The notes below the pieces were generated by a model that was given only the letters and a program-made list of their open reading frames with translations, was not told the origin of the DNA and did not search any database. The position numbers and the translations under genes were made by a program. 64,000 bases of DNA from Gemmatimonadales bacterium (lineage in GTDB: Bacteria > Gemmatimonadota > Gemmatimonadetes > Gemmatimonadales > GWC2-71-9). The stretch is from assembly GCA_035538515.1 (NCBI GenBank), contig DATLKF010000018.1, forward strand, positions 69,760 through 133,759, read 5' to 3'. Positions 44,906 through 55,594 of this stretch are shown here, piece after piece (the stretch's first letter is position 1; every line of letters starts with the position of its first letter).

Positions 44906-46035
44906 GCCTGCTGCTCGTGCTCCAACAGCCGCCGGCGCCTCCCGCTACCCCGCTACCCCCGCCCATTGTCGTCGACGGTCACATTGATACGCCGCAGCGC
45001 ATGCTCGACATGAACGCGGACATCTCGGCGCGCCTGACGGACGGCCACGTCGACGTGCCGAGGATGCGGGAGGGGGGACTCACCGCCGCCTTCTTCTCGA
45101 TCTGGGTTGATGCGCGTTATCGACGGGGGACCGCGTTCCGCCGTGCCCTGGCACTCATCGGGGCGGTACGAGCGCTAGCGGACTCGAACCCCGCCGTGGA
45201 GCTCGCCACGACCGCCGAGGAGGTCCGGGCGGCGGCGGCGCGCGGCCATATCGCCGCGCTCATGGGGGTCGAGGGCGGGCACGCGATCGAGAACTCGCTC
45301 GCGAAGCTCGACTCCTTGTACCGGCTGGGCGTCCGGTACATGACGCTCACCTGGAACAACGGCAACGACTGGGCCGGGTCTTCCCTGGATCCGCGGCGAT
45401 CCGGCGGTCTCACTGCCTTCGGCAAACGCGTCGTGCGGCGGATGAACGAGCTGGGGATGCTGGTGGACGTATCGCACGTCTCGGATGCGACGTTCCGGGA
45501 CGTGCTCGCAACCACGACCAGGCCGGTGATCGCGTCTCACTCCGCGTGTCGCGCGCTCGCGCATCACCCCCGTAATCTGACGGATGAGCAGCTGCGCGCC
45601 ATTGCGCAGAACGGGGGCGTCGTCGGGATCAACTTTTACCCGGTGTTCCTGGACGACCATTTCCGTGACGAGTACGAGCAGCTACGGCGCCGGCTGGCGC
45701 CCGAGATCGACTCGATTCGGGCCCGCTACCGCGGGCGGCCGGGGGAGTCCGCCTTCGAAGTGGACAAATTCGTGGGTGCGCGCGCGGCGGAGCTCGACGT
45801 ACCCACCATCGACCGGCTGGTGGACCACATCGAGCATGCGGTACAGGTGATGGGGATCGACCACGTGGGGCTGGGGAGCGACTTCGACGGTATCAGCGTG
45901 CTGCCCGTGCCGATGGAGGACGCGACGTCACTGCCTGAGCTGGCGCGGGCCCTCGCGGCCCGTGGCATGTCGGAGGAGGGAATCCGCAAGATTCTGGGCG
46001 AGAACTTCCTGCGGCTGCTTACTGGCGGTCCGTAA
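44890..46035 (+). CDS. Membrane dipeptidase (M19 family)
   Basis: VVDGHIDTPQRML, GGLTAAFFSIWV, YMTLTWNNGNDWAGS, VDVSHVSD and GLGSDFDG. The GTG start is assumed. Confidence 0.8.
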   Translation: MGFPLGLLLVLQQPPAPPATPLPPPIVVDGHIDTPQRMLDMNADISARLTDGHVDVPRMREGGLTAAFFSIWVDARYRRGTAFRRALALIGAVRALADSNPAVELATTAEEVRAAAARGHIAALMGVEGGHAIENSLAKLDSLYRLGVRYMTLTWNNGNDWAGSSLDPRRSGGLTAFGKRVVRRMNELGMLVDVSHVSDATFRDVLATTTRPVIASHSACRALAHHPRNLTDEQLRAIAQNGGVVGINFYPVFLDDHFRDEYEQLRRRLAPEIDSIRARYRGRPGESAFEVDKFVGARAAELDVPTIDRLVDHIEHAVQVMGIDHVGLGSDFDGISVLPVPMEDATSLPELARALAARGMSEEGIRKILGENFLRLLTGGP

Positions 46036-47269
46036 CCCCTTCCTTGGCGCTGCCGAACATGTAGCGGATGCCGCCCTGGAACGTGTGGGTCGTGCCCTGG
46101 ACCAAGAAGGCGGCGGCCGAGGACGTTAGGATGTAGTGGCCGTACAGCGCCAGCCGTCCCTGCTTGATATCGATCCCACCCATCCACCAGAAGAACGCCT
46201 TTGTCGCCGCCGCATCGGCCTCGTCTTGCAGCGTGCTCAAATCGGAGCCCCGGCAGCTGACGCAGCTGACCTGAGTGTTTAAGGCTTCCATGATGGCGAA
46301 CCCGCCGCCTGCGAACGGCTCGAGGCGCATCTGCGCCGGGAAGGCGAGCACGCCCACCATGATGCGTCGCAGGTTATTGAACTGCACGTTGCCCGGGTTC
46401 ACCGTGCCGCTGGGCTCGACGATGGTCGCGTGCGCGGGATTGATGAAAAACGACTGCTCGTAGGAGGTATACAGCGCCGTCCGCTTGCCGGTGATCAGCC
46501 AATGACCGCCGAACGTTGGTTCGAAGGAGTAGTTGTCGAAGTTGGTGCGGAATATGAAGATACCGGCCTCGCCACCCCAGTACCACTTGTGCTGCCAGTC
46601 GCTCGCGCGCTGCTCAAAGCTCGGGCCGCCGCGCGGCCGGACCACCGGCACGTGCCCACCCGCCGCCACGATAGAGTCGCGCTTAGCCTTGGGAATCTCG
46701 GGCGGCGCCTCGACTTCCTTGGGCCCGCCTCCGCTACCCAAGAAGAACGACAGGCCGGCGGATCCCGTGACATGGCCCACCCACTCATGGGTGAGGCAGC
46801 AATCCTTAGGCGTGTAATAAGCGCGAGCTTCCAGCCGTAAGGCCATGTGGTTCCCGATGAAGAAGCGCTCGCCTATTCCTCCATGGACGGCATGGTTGTA
46901 GAAGTTGTAGGGGGCGTTTACGCCCATGTCGGCATGGGTGTACCCCGCTAGCACGTACAGCACGCTTCCGCTTCCGCCCCCGTTGATGACCAAGCTGGCG
47001 CTCCCGATCCGGACCTGTGTGTGGTTGACGGGTGGGACGGGGTTCTTCAGGTTGGGATAGGAGACGTTTCCGTCGACCTCGAGCCCGATATAGTCATTCA
47101 GGAAGAACCCGATCCGCCCGCCGCCCCCAAACTGGTTGTCGAGCTCGAAGGCCCGATCGTACCTCGTGTACATGCCGTAGCCGCCGAACTCGATCTGGTG
47201 GGCATGTTGCGCGCTCACGGACGCGGCCACGCCAGCCAGGAGCACGCCGATCACCGTCACAACCCGCAT
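46019..47269 (-). CDS. Outer-membrane beta-barrel protein (porin-like)
   Basis: The SD is gggag. The signal is MRVVTVIGVLLAGVAASVSAQ. Alternating-hydrophobicity strands rich in G/Y/F run throughout. Confidence 0.65.
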   Translation of the reverse strand: MRVVTVIGVLLAGVAASVSAQHAHQIEFGGYGMYTRYDRAFELDNQFGGGGRIGFFLNDYIGLEVDGNVSYPNLKNPVPPVNHTQVRIGSASLVINGGGSGSVLYVLAGYTHADMGVNAPYNFYNHAVHGGIGERFFIGNHMALRLEARAYYTPKDCCLTHEWVGHVTGSAGLSFFLGSGGGPKEVEAPPEIPKAKRDSIVAAGGHVPVVRPRGGPSFEQRASDWQHKWYWGGEAGIFIFRTNFDNYSFEPTFGGHWLITGKRTALYTSYEQSFFINPAHATIVEPSGTVNPGNVQFNNLRRIMVGVLAFPAQMRLEPFAGGGFAIMEALNTQVSCVSCRGSDLSTLQDEADAAATKAFFWWMGGIDIKQGRLALYGHYILTSSAAAFLVQGTTHTFQGGIRYMFGSAKEGVTDRQ

Positions 47270-47411
47270 GGGACAACTCCCAGGATCGCGTTCAGAGGGG
47301 AAAAAAACGCCACCCAAAATAGGGAGTTTGTCCGGAAAACGCGATACCCCTTCGCTTTAAGCCTCTGACTCTTGAAATTACTTGAAGGTGATACCGAAGG
47401 TATACCGAAAC

Positions 47412-48607
<1,196 letters not shown>

Positions 48608-48611
<4 letters not shown>

Positions 48612-49636
48612 GAGATCTCCAGAATGATCTTGCCCGCGTCGCCCGAGCGGATCGCGGCGAGGGCCTCGTCGATCTTGGTGAAGGGAAACTGATGGGTGAT
48701 CACCGGCGTGGGGTCTAGCAGGCCGGCCGTCAGGTAGCGTCGCATCTGATTCCATGTTTCGTACATCTTCCGGCCGATCACGCCGTACACCGTAATTCCC
48801 TTGAAGATGATCTCCGTCGCGAAGTCGACCGGTACCTGGCCTTTCGGAATCCCGAGCAGTTGGACGCGCCCCCCCATGCGCACGGCGGCGAACGCCTGAT
48901 GCAGCGCGGACGGCACGCCCGACATCTCGCATACCACGTCCGCGCCCTCCCCGGCGGTTTCGTCGAGCACGGCGCGCACCACGTCTTCGGTTGCGGCGTT
49001 GACGGTGCGGTGCGCGCCCATGCGCTGGGCCAGTGCCAGCCGCTTCGTGTTCACGTCGGACGCGATCACCTTGGCGGCGCCGGCGGCCCGCGCGATCCCG
49101 ACCGCGAAGCAGCCGATCGGGCCGCATCCCACTACGAGCACGGTGCTGCCGGGGACGTCCGCCGTCAGCACGGTGTGGAACGCGTTGCCCATCGGATCCA
49201 TCACCGCCCCGACGGTGGTCGGGATGCCGTTGAGCGGCAGCACGTTGGTCGCCGGCATTGTGATGTACTCGGCGAACGCACCGTTCAGATCGACGCCGAT
49301 GATCCTGGTGTTCTTGCAGATGTGTGCGTTGCCCGTGCGGCACTGCAAGCAGTGCCCGCATACGATGTGCCCCTCCGCCGTGACCAGTTGACCGGTCACA
49401 AGCCCGGAGACGGCGTCGCCCACGGCCACGATCTCTCCCGCGAATTCGTGGCCCACCACCACCGGCGGCGTGAGCCGGCCTTGCGCCCAGGCATCCCAGT
49501 CGGCGATGTGCACGTCGGTGCCACACACGCCGGCATGGCGGACGGCGATGAGGACTTCGCCGGGTCCGGGCGATGGCTTCGGCACGGTCGCGACCTTGAG
49601 GCCGGGAGCGCGGCTCTCCTTGACGATGGCTTGCAT
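48608..49636 (-). CDS. tdh: L-threonine 3-dehydrogenase
   Basis: MQAIVKESRAPGLKV...VRHAGVCGTDVHIADWDAWAQ...VVGHEFAGEIV parallels E. coli Tdh (ICGTDVHIYNWDEW...VVGHEYVGEVV). It forms a kbl-tdh pair. Confidence 0.9.
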
Positions 49637-49645
49637 GCAAAATCC

Positions 49646-49673
49646 GGGATGCGTGATGCGGGATGCGGGATGC
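49646..49673. repeat. Four direct 7-nt units (GGGATGC), one-armed, locus J
   Basis: gggatgc gtgatgc gggatgc gggatgc lies between the SDR stop (49675) and the tdh ATG (49636). No complementary arm is nearby. Confidence 0.75.
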
Positions 49674-49674
49674 G

Positions 49675-50466
49675 TCAGAAGATCGAGCGCGTGAACCCGC
49701 CGTCCACTTGCAGCGCAGCGCCCGTAATATAGCTGGCCCGCTCGGAGGCCAGAAACGCGACGGCGGCCGCCAGCTCGTCCGTGCGGCCCATTCGGCCGAG
49801 CGGGATGCCCGCGACCATGTCGCGCATCACCTCTTGCGACGCCCGCCGCTCCCGCTTGGCGCGGTTCTCCGTGAGCTCGGCGATGCGCTCGGTCGCGATA
49901 TAGCCGGGACACACCACGTTGACGGTGATGCCCTCGGGCGCAACCTCGTCCGCGAGCGCCTTGGCGAACCCGAGGACCCCGGCGCGCGCGGTAGTGGAGA
50001 GGATGAGTCCGGGCAGCGGCTGCTTAGCGGCGACCGATGCCAGGCAGATGATCCGGCCCCACTGCACCTTTCGCATGATCGGCACGGCGGCACGCGCAAG
50101 GTGGACCGTAGACAGCAGATTTAGCTCCACCGCGCGGTGAAACGCCTCACCCGTCTGCTGAGTGAACGGCGCCGCGGGCGGGCCGCTCGCGTTGCAGAAC
50201 AGCACGTCGAGGCGTCCCATGTCGTGGTGCACGCGCTCGATCAGCCCTTCGGCTTGGGCGGGCACTGCCACGTCGGCGGCGAACGACGCCACGTCCTCCC
50301 CGGTTTCGGAGGCCAGCTGTTGCGCCGCCTGCTCGACCGATTCCTGGTGACGGCCGTTGATCGCGACGCGGGCGCCTTCCAGTGCCAGCGCCTTCGCCAC
50401 CGCGCGACCCAATCCCTTGGTGCTACCGCAGACCAGCGCAACACGACCCGCGAGGCCGAGGTCCAC
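49675..50466 (-). CDS. Short-chain dehydrogenase/reductase (FabG-like)
   Basis: The GTG start gives [26 protein letters not shown] (TGxxxGxG-type). The YxxxK region and PGYIATER are present. Confidence 0.85.
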   Translation of the reverse strand: MDLGLAGRVALVCGSTKGLGRAVAKALALEGARVAINGRHQESVEQAAQQLASETGEDVASFAADVAVPAQAEGLIERVHHDMGRLDVLFCNASGPPAAPFTQQTGEAFHRAVELNLLSTVHLARAAVPIMRKVQWGRIICLASVAAKQPLPGLILSTTARAGVLGFAKALADEVAPEGITVNVVCPGYIATERIAELTENRAKRERRASQEVMRDMVAGIPLGRMGRTDELAAAVAFLASERASYITGAALQVDGGFTRSIF

Positions 50467-53400
50467 GGGGGCTCGGGATTAGGGGTTCGGGGCTCGGGTC
50501 GCAACCGTTGGCTCCCCGAGCCCCGAGCCCCGAGCCCCGAGCCCCGAGTCCCTCAAGCCGGACCGCGCAGCACTTCAGCTCCGCCATCTTCGCGTAGGGA
50601 TCGAGCACCGGGTTCGTGAGCAGGTTCGCTGCCGCTTCCCGGAAATGGAACGGCACGAACACCTGGCCACGAGCGACCCGCTCGGAGATGCGGCACGAGC
50701 TCACCATCGAGTTGCGGCGCGACGTGAGCCGCACCGCGTCGCCATCCAGGAGGCCCAGCGCGCGGGCATCGTCGGGATGGACCTCGACGACGGGGGTGGG
50801 CTCGCGCTGATCGAGGCCGGTGGCGCGGCGGGTCATCGTCCCGGTATGCCAGTGATACAGCTGGCGCCCCGTATTCATGACGAACGGGTACTGGTCGTCG
50901 GGGAGCTCGACCGGGGGCGCGTACTGCACGGGCACGAACACTCCCCGCCCGTCGGCGGTGGGGAAGCGGTCGCTGAACAGAAACGCCGTGCCGGGCGAGT
51001 CGGACGTGGGCGCGGGGTACTGCAGCCCCGCCCCGTCGAGCCGCTCGTAGGTGACCCCGTGCCAGGAGGGCGTGACGCTGGCGATTTCCTGCATTACGTC
51101 GCGCGCCGTGGTAAAGGATGTCTTGAGGCCGAGGCGCGTGGACAGCTCGATCAGGATTTCCAGGTCCCCGCGCGCCTCTCCCGGGGACGGCACCGCCGCG
51201 CGCGCGAGCTGAATGCGGCGCTCGGTGTTCACGAACGTGCCCGTCTTCTCCGCGAAGCTCGAGCCCGGGAGCACGACGTCGGCGTAGCGGGCGGTCTCCG
51301 TGAGGAACAGGTCCTGCACCGCGAGGAACTCGAGCTCCTGGAACCAGGCCTCGGCGTGCGCGATGTCGGGGTCCGAGATGATCGGGTTCTCCCCCATGAT
51401 GTACATCGCGCGGACGCCGCTCTCCTCCTTCACGATCTCGGTCACCATCAGCCCGCTCTTGAGCGACAGCGAATCCGCCGGGACGTCCCAGGCCTTCGCG
51501 TATTCCGCTCGAACGGCGGGGTCCGTGACCGGCCGATAGTCGGTGTACACGAACGGAATGGCGCCCACGTCCGACGCACCCTGGACGTTGTTTTGGCCCC
51601 GCACGGGCATCATGGCGGCTCCCCAGCGGCCGATCATGCCGCACCCGAGCATGAGGTTCAGGAGCGACGTCACGAGATCGGTACCGTTGGCGTGCTGCGT
51701 CAGCCCCATTGCCCAGAGCGTGCTCGTGTTCGGCCCGCGGGCGTAGAGCTCCGCGGCCTCCCGGATCCGTTCGGCAGGCACGCCGGTGATCTTGGCCGCC
51801 ACCTCGGGCGTCATGGCCTTGACCGATTCGCGGACCGCCTCGAAGGCGCGCATGCGCTCGGCGATGAAACGGCGGTCCTCCAGCCCCTGGGCGATGACGT
51901 GGTGCAACATCGCGTTGAACAAGGCGACGTCGGTGCCGGGCTGCATCTGCAGATGGAGATCCGCACGGCGGGCGAGCTCCGTCTTGCGAGGATCGGCGAC
52001 GATCAGCCGGGCGCCCCGCTCGTGGGCGCGCTTGATCGCGGCGCCGAACACCGGATGCGACTCGGTGGTGTTCGCGCCGGCGATGAAGATGACGTCGGCG
52101 GCGTGCTCCACCTCGCGCATCGAGCCCGATGCGGCCGACGTGTTGAGCGCCCGTTGCATCGCCGCGACTGACGTGGAGTGGCACAGTCGGGTGCAATGGT
52201 CGACGTTGTTGGTGCCGAGCGCCGCGCGGAACATCCGCATGATGAGATAGTTCTCCTCGTTGGAGCACTTGGCCGAGGAGAAGCAGGCCAGGGAGTCGCC
52301 GCCGCGCTCCCGCTTGAGGCGGAGCAGCTCCTGGGTCGTGAGCTCCAGCGCCTCCTCCCAGGTGGCTTCGCGGAACGGATCGTACCAGTCGCGCGGCGTC
52401 GCCACGCGGTCGCGAATGTCGAGGTCCAACCGCTCGAGCAGGGCCAGGTTGCGCACCGCTTTCCCGACCGACCGCGGCGGCGGCGCCGGCTTGGCCTTCT
52501 GGCCTTCGCCTTCGATCGTCTGCCACGGCCCGCCGCGACGGTTCCTTCCCGTTCGGCCGCGCCACACCCAACGGCCTTGCTCTTTCTCCCACCCCTTACG
52601 GATGAGCGGCTTGGTCAGGCGATCGCGATGCTGCGGAAAGTCGTATCCGAAGCGTCCCTTGACGCAGGTAGAGCCCTGGTTGGGGGTGTCGAGCTCGATG
52701 TCCGGCGACGTGACGCGCAGGACACTCCCGCCCGCGACGTGGAGGTCCACCTGGCACCCGACGCCGCAGTACGGACACACCGAGCGCACCGTGCGGGCGG
52801 GATGACGGATCTGCTCGGGGGTGAACCGCTGGCGCGGCATCACCTCGAAAATCGCGCCCGTCGGGCACACCCGGACGCATTCTCCGCACCAGGTGCATCC
52901 CGCCTTGTCGGCATCGCCGTCCGCCCCCACGATGATCTCGGCGTGTTCGCCGCGTTGCGCGACGTCGAGCACGCCGACCACCTGGATGTCCTCGCACGCC
53001 CGCACGCAGCGGGTGCACAGGATACACGTGCTCATGTCGTGCCGGATCATCGAATCGCCCGGTCGCTCGTCCCCGTGCCGCAGCGGCAGATCGCGCTGGC
53101 CCAGGGGCGTCGGCGCGACTCCGTACCGGACGACATACCGCTCGAACTCGTTGCGCGGATGGGACCGGCCGCCATTGGCGAGGTGATCGGCCGGGTAGCG
53201 CTCGAGCAGCAGCCGCAGCACTCCCTTGCGGCTCTCGACCGCCGCCGGCGACTCGGTGTGCACCACCATGCCGTCTGCGACCTTGGTGGCGCACGCGGGG
53301 AGCAACTTGGGCTGTCCTTCGACCGAGACCAGGCAGATCCGGCAGTTGCCCACGATCGGCAGCTTGGGATACCAACACAGGGTCGGGATACCGCCGATCC

Positions 53401-53479
53401 CGGCCGCTCGGGCGGCGTCGAGGATCGTTTGCTGGGGATCGGCGGTGATGGTGCGGTCGTCGATGGTGAGCGTCGCCAT
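50423..53479 (-). CDS. FdhA-like molybdopterin oxidoreductase (2Fe-2S + 4Fe-4S + MopB domains), Cys-type
   Basis: It has an N-terminal 2Fe-2S ferredoxin fold ([11 protein letters not shown]), [31 protein letters not shown], the active-site region [15 protein letters not shown], and the C-terminal molybdopterin-binding end ...[11 protein letters not shown]. The ORF then reads a further about 44 codons through hairpin K to a stop at 50423. Confidence 0.85.
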   Translation of the reverse strand: MATLTIDDRTITADPQQTILDAARAAGIGGIPTLCWYPKLPIVGNCRICLVSVEGQPKLLPACATKVADGMVVHTESPAAVESRKGVLRLLLERYPADHLANGGRSHPRNEFERYVVRYGVAPTPLGQRDLPLRHGDERPGDSMIRHDMSTCILCTRCVRACEDIQVVGVLDVAQRGEHAEIIVGADGDADKAGCTWCGECVRVCPTGAIFEVMPRQRFTPEQIRHPARTVRSVCPYCGVGCQVDLHVAGGSVLRVTSPDIELDTPNQGSTCVKGRFGYDFPQHRDRLTKPLIRKGWEKEQGRWVWRGRTGRNRRGGPWQTIEGEGQKAKPAPPPRSVGKAVRNLALLERLDLDIRDRVATPRDWYDPFREATWEEALELTTQELLRLKRERGGDSLACFSSAKCSNEENYLIMRMFRAALGTNNVDHCTRLCHSTSVAAMQRALNTSAASGSMREVEHAADVIFIAGANTTESHPVFGAAIKRAHERGARLIVADPRKTELARRADLHLQMQPGTDVALFNAMLHHVIAQGLEDRRFIAERMRAFEAVRESVKAMTPEVAAKITGVPAERIREAAELYARGPNTSTLWAMGLTQHANGTDLVTSLLNLMLGCGMIGRWGAAMMPVRGQNNVQGASDVGAIPFVYTDYRPVTDPAVRAEYAKAWDVPADSLSLKSGLMVTEIVKEESGVRAMYIMGENPIISDPDIAHAEAWFQELEFLAVQDLFLTETARYADVVLPGSSFAEKTGTFVNTERRIQLARAAVPSPGEARGDLEILIELSTRLGLKTSFTTARDVMQEIASVTPSWHGVTYERLDGAGLQYPAPTSDSPGTAFLFSDRFPTADGRGVFVPVQYAPPVELPDDQYPFVMNTGRQLYHWHTGTMTRRATGLDQREPTPVVEVHPDDARALGLLDGDAVRLTSRRNSMVSSCRISERVARGQVFVPFHFREAAANLLTNPVLDPYAKMAELKCCAVRLEGLGARGSGLGARGANGCDPSPEPLIPSPRGPRPRGSCCAGLR
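50467..50552. repeat. Hairpin of tandem 7-nt units (GGGCTCG family) with G-quadruplex-capable arm, locus K
   Basis: gggggctcgggattaggggttcggggctcggg (50467-50498) faces ccccgag x5 + tccc (50514-50552). It abuts the SDR GTG and lies inside the 3-prime end of the FdhA-like ORF. Confidence 0.85.
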
Positions 53480-53539
53480 TATTCGTGAAGCTAGGGGCGA
53501 CCCGGATACCGGGCAACTTCTTCAGGGAGATAGGACCGG

Positions 53540-53572
53540 AACCAAAACAACGGGCCGGCGTGGTGCCGGCCC
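53540..53572 (-). terminator. Intrinsic terminator (minus strand)
   Basis: On the minus strand, gggccggc-accac-gccggccc is an 8-bp GC stem. It is followed by gttgttttggtt, 9 nt after the stop of the small ORF at 53581. Confidence 0.6.
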
Positions 53573-53580
53573 GCATAGCG

Positions 53581-53745
53581 TCAGTCGATATGCTCGGGGA
53601 GGTGGCGGTGCGTGTGGTCCCCCGCCTCCGCCTCGTCGGTGAACCAGCAGTACGCCCAGATCTTCGCGGGACGGAGGATTTGCCGACCCACTCGCATGAT
53701 GATGCCGATCGGCTCGTCCTCGAGGACGAGAGGAAGACTAGTCAT
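53581..53745 (-). CDS. Small hypothetical protein (54 aa)
   Basis: ORF MTSLPLVLEDEPIGIIMRVGRQILRPAKIWAYCWFTDEAEAGDHTHRHLPEHID. It is followed by a good terminator. No SD and no recognisable family. Local GC looks lower than the surroundings. Confidence 0.3.
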   Translation of the reverse strand: MTSLPLVLEDEPIGIIMRVGRQILRPAKIWAYCWFTDEAEAGDHTHRHLPEHID

Positions 53746-53861
53746 GCCGCACGGTCCACGTTGCAGGTTACGGGTTGCACGAAGCAAGGCGCTTGCCATT
53801 CGGGCATTCATGTAACGTGTTGTCGTGCACCGTGTAACGGGGTTGGGGTACGGGCGAGGAG

Positions 53862-54713
53862 TTACTCCGACACGTTCACCGCCGTGTCGTGCTGACGCTC
53901 CGGTTTGGTCGCGGTGAAGCCGCCGCTGGCTTTCGCACGCCGACGGCGGGTGATCTCCCAGCCGTCGTAGTGGGCCTGGAGCGCCTCGGGGGCGAGCGGG
54001 ATCACCTCCTGGGCGGACGGACTCGGGAGGACGACGTGCACACCGCCGGGACGGGTGCGCGCCTTGAGCTGCGCGAGCAGGGCGTGGCGGTCGCGTGCTC
54101 GGGCCGAGCCGAGCGCACCGGGGTCGATCACCACCACGCTCGGTGTGACATCGGGGAGCCAGCCGCCGAAGGTGATGACGAGCGCTTGGAACCGTCCGGC
54201 GAGCTGCTCCGTCACCGCGCGGCTTTCGGCGCCCTCGACCACTGCGAGGTCGTGATCGAGGAAGAACACTTCCGCATCATGCGCCGCGATGAAGAGGGCG
54301 GCGGGGAGGGCGGCGGCCCCGACCACCACGGCCAGGTCGCCCGGCTCGAGGCGGCGCACGCCCGTCACGAGGGCGCCGTCGGCCTCGAGACCCCAATGCG
54401 TGGGCGCGCGCTGCGCGGCGCGCAGCGCGCGGTGCTTCTGACGCCAGCGCGGGAACGAGGGGAGTCGCAGCCGCCGGGCGATAATGCGGTCGACGTGTTC
54501 GAGGAGCAGCACTTCGGTGAGGAGATACTGCCCGGCGGCGCTGCTTTCCAGCTCACGGACGGCCTCGTCGCCGATCTCTAACAGCTCCTCCCGCCCCAAC
54601 GTGTTCTTGTATTCCTCAATGCGCTGCAGCAGGAATTCCTGGTACTCCTGCTTGAGCGAGCGCGGCGGCCGCCGCGTGATCCTGGAGCGCTGCTCTCCCG
54701 AGAGGCTCAGCAC
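53862..54713 (-). CDS. Hypothetical protein with class-I methyltransferase-like fold features
   Basis: The GTG at 54713 overlaps the CDF stop by 7 nt. DLAVVVGAAALPAALFIAAHDAEVFFLDHD and LKARTRPGGVHVV loosely resemble MTase motifs I and post-II. The function is not established. Confidence 0.5.
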   Translation of the reverse strand: MLSLSGEQRSRITRRPPRSLKQEYQEFLLQRIEEYKNTLGREELLEIGDEAVRELESSAAGQYLLTEVLLLEHVDRIIARRLRLPSFPRWRQKHRALRAAQRAPTHWGLEADGALVTGVRRLEPGDLAVVVGAAALPAALFIAAHDAEVFFLDHDLAVVEGAESRAVTEQLAGRFQALVITFGGWLPDVTPSVVVIDPGALGSARARDRHALLAQLKARTRPGGVHVVLPSPSAQEVIPLAPEALQAHYDGWEITRRRRAKASGGFTATKPERQHDTAVNVSE

Positions 54714-55561
54714 GGCTCGACGTGCACCGTGACTTCGTGGAGCTGCAGGTCGCGTTTCAACCGCTCTTCCACCTCGTCGGCGATCGCGTGCGCCGATTCC
54801 ACGTTGGCGTTCCGGTCCACCGCGATGGTGACTTCGGCGTAGCGTAAGTCGGACGGCCCGCGCGAGCGGATGCCGTAGGCGCTCTTGACGCCGGGCACGG
54901 CCTGCGCGGTTTGCCGGATGTCCGCGGTCGGGAGCGCGCGCTCGTCGACGAGCACCGGCACGGTGCGGGCGAGAATGCGGTAGGCGACGAGGACGATGGC
55001 GACCGCCACCACGATCGCGATCGCAGAGTCGATCCACCACCACCCTTGCCGCGTGAGCAGCACGCCGACCAGCACCCCCACCGTGATGACGACGTCGGCG
55101 CGGGTATGCGCCGCGTCGGCGATCAACAGCTCGCTGCCGAGCTCGACGCCGCGGCGGTGCTCGTACCAGGTGATCAGCACGTTCAGCCCCAGCGTGAGGA
55201 CCAGCACCGCCAGCTGGAAGTCGCTGATGTCGATCCGATGCGTGCCCGTCACCAGATGGTTCACCGCGCCACGGACCAGCTCGAAGCACGTGATGGACAG
55301 AAACCCCACGATCGCGAGCGCTCCCAACGTCTCGAACTTGCCGTGGCCATAGGGGTGCTCCTCGTCCGGCGCTTTCGACGCCACCCGCACCACGATGAGG
55401 GCCAGGACGTTGTTGAGCGCGTCGACGCAGGAATCGACCGCGGTGCCGAGGACCGCGAGCGAGCCCGAGGCCAACCCCACGGCCAGCTTGGCCCCCACCA
55501 CCGCGAGGTTCGCGGCGAGGAGGGCGAGGAAGACGCGCCGAACGAGGGCGGACGCCGGCAT
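54707..55561 (-). CDS. Cation diffusion facilitator family transporter
   Basis: LLAANLAVVGAKLAVGLASGSLAVLGTAVDSCVDALNN, HPYGHGKFE, IADAAHTRADV, and a C-terminal cytoplasmic domain ending HVEP. Confidence 0.85.
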   Translation of the reverse strand: MPASALVRRVFLALLAANLAVVGAKLAVGLASGSLAVLGTAVDSCVDALNNVLALIVVRVASKAPDEEHPYGHGKFETLGALAIVGFLSITCFELVRGAVNHLVTGTHRIDISDFQLAVLVLTLGLNVLITWYEHRRGVELGSELLIADAAHTRADVVITVGVLVGVLLTRQGWWWIDSAIAIVVAVAIVLVAYRILARTVPVLVDERALPTADIRQTAQAVPGVKSAYGIRSRGPSDLRYAEVTIAVDRNANVESAHAIADEVEERLKRDLQLHEVTVHVEPC

Positions 55562-55594
55562 GGACAGGACTGCAAGGTTGTAAGGCGCTGCACG

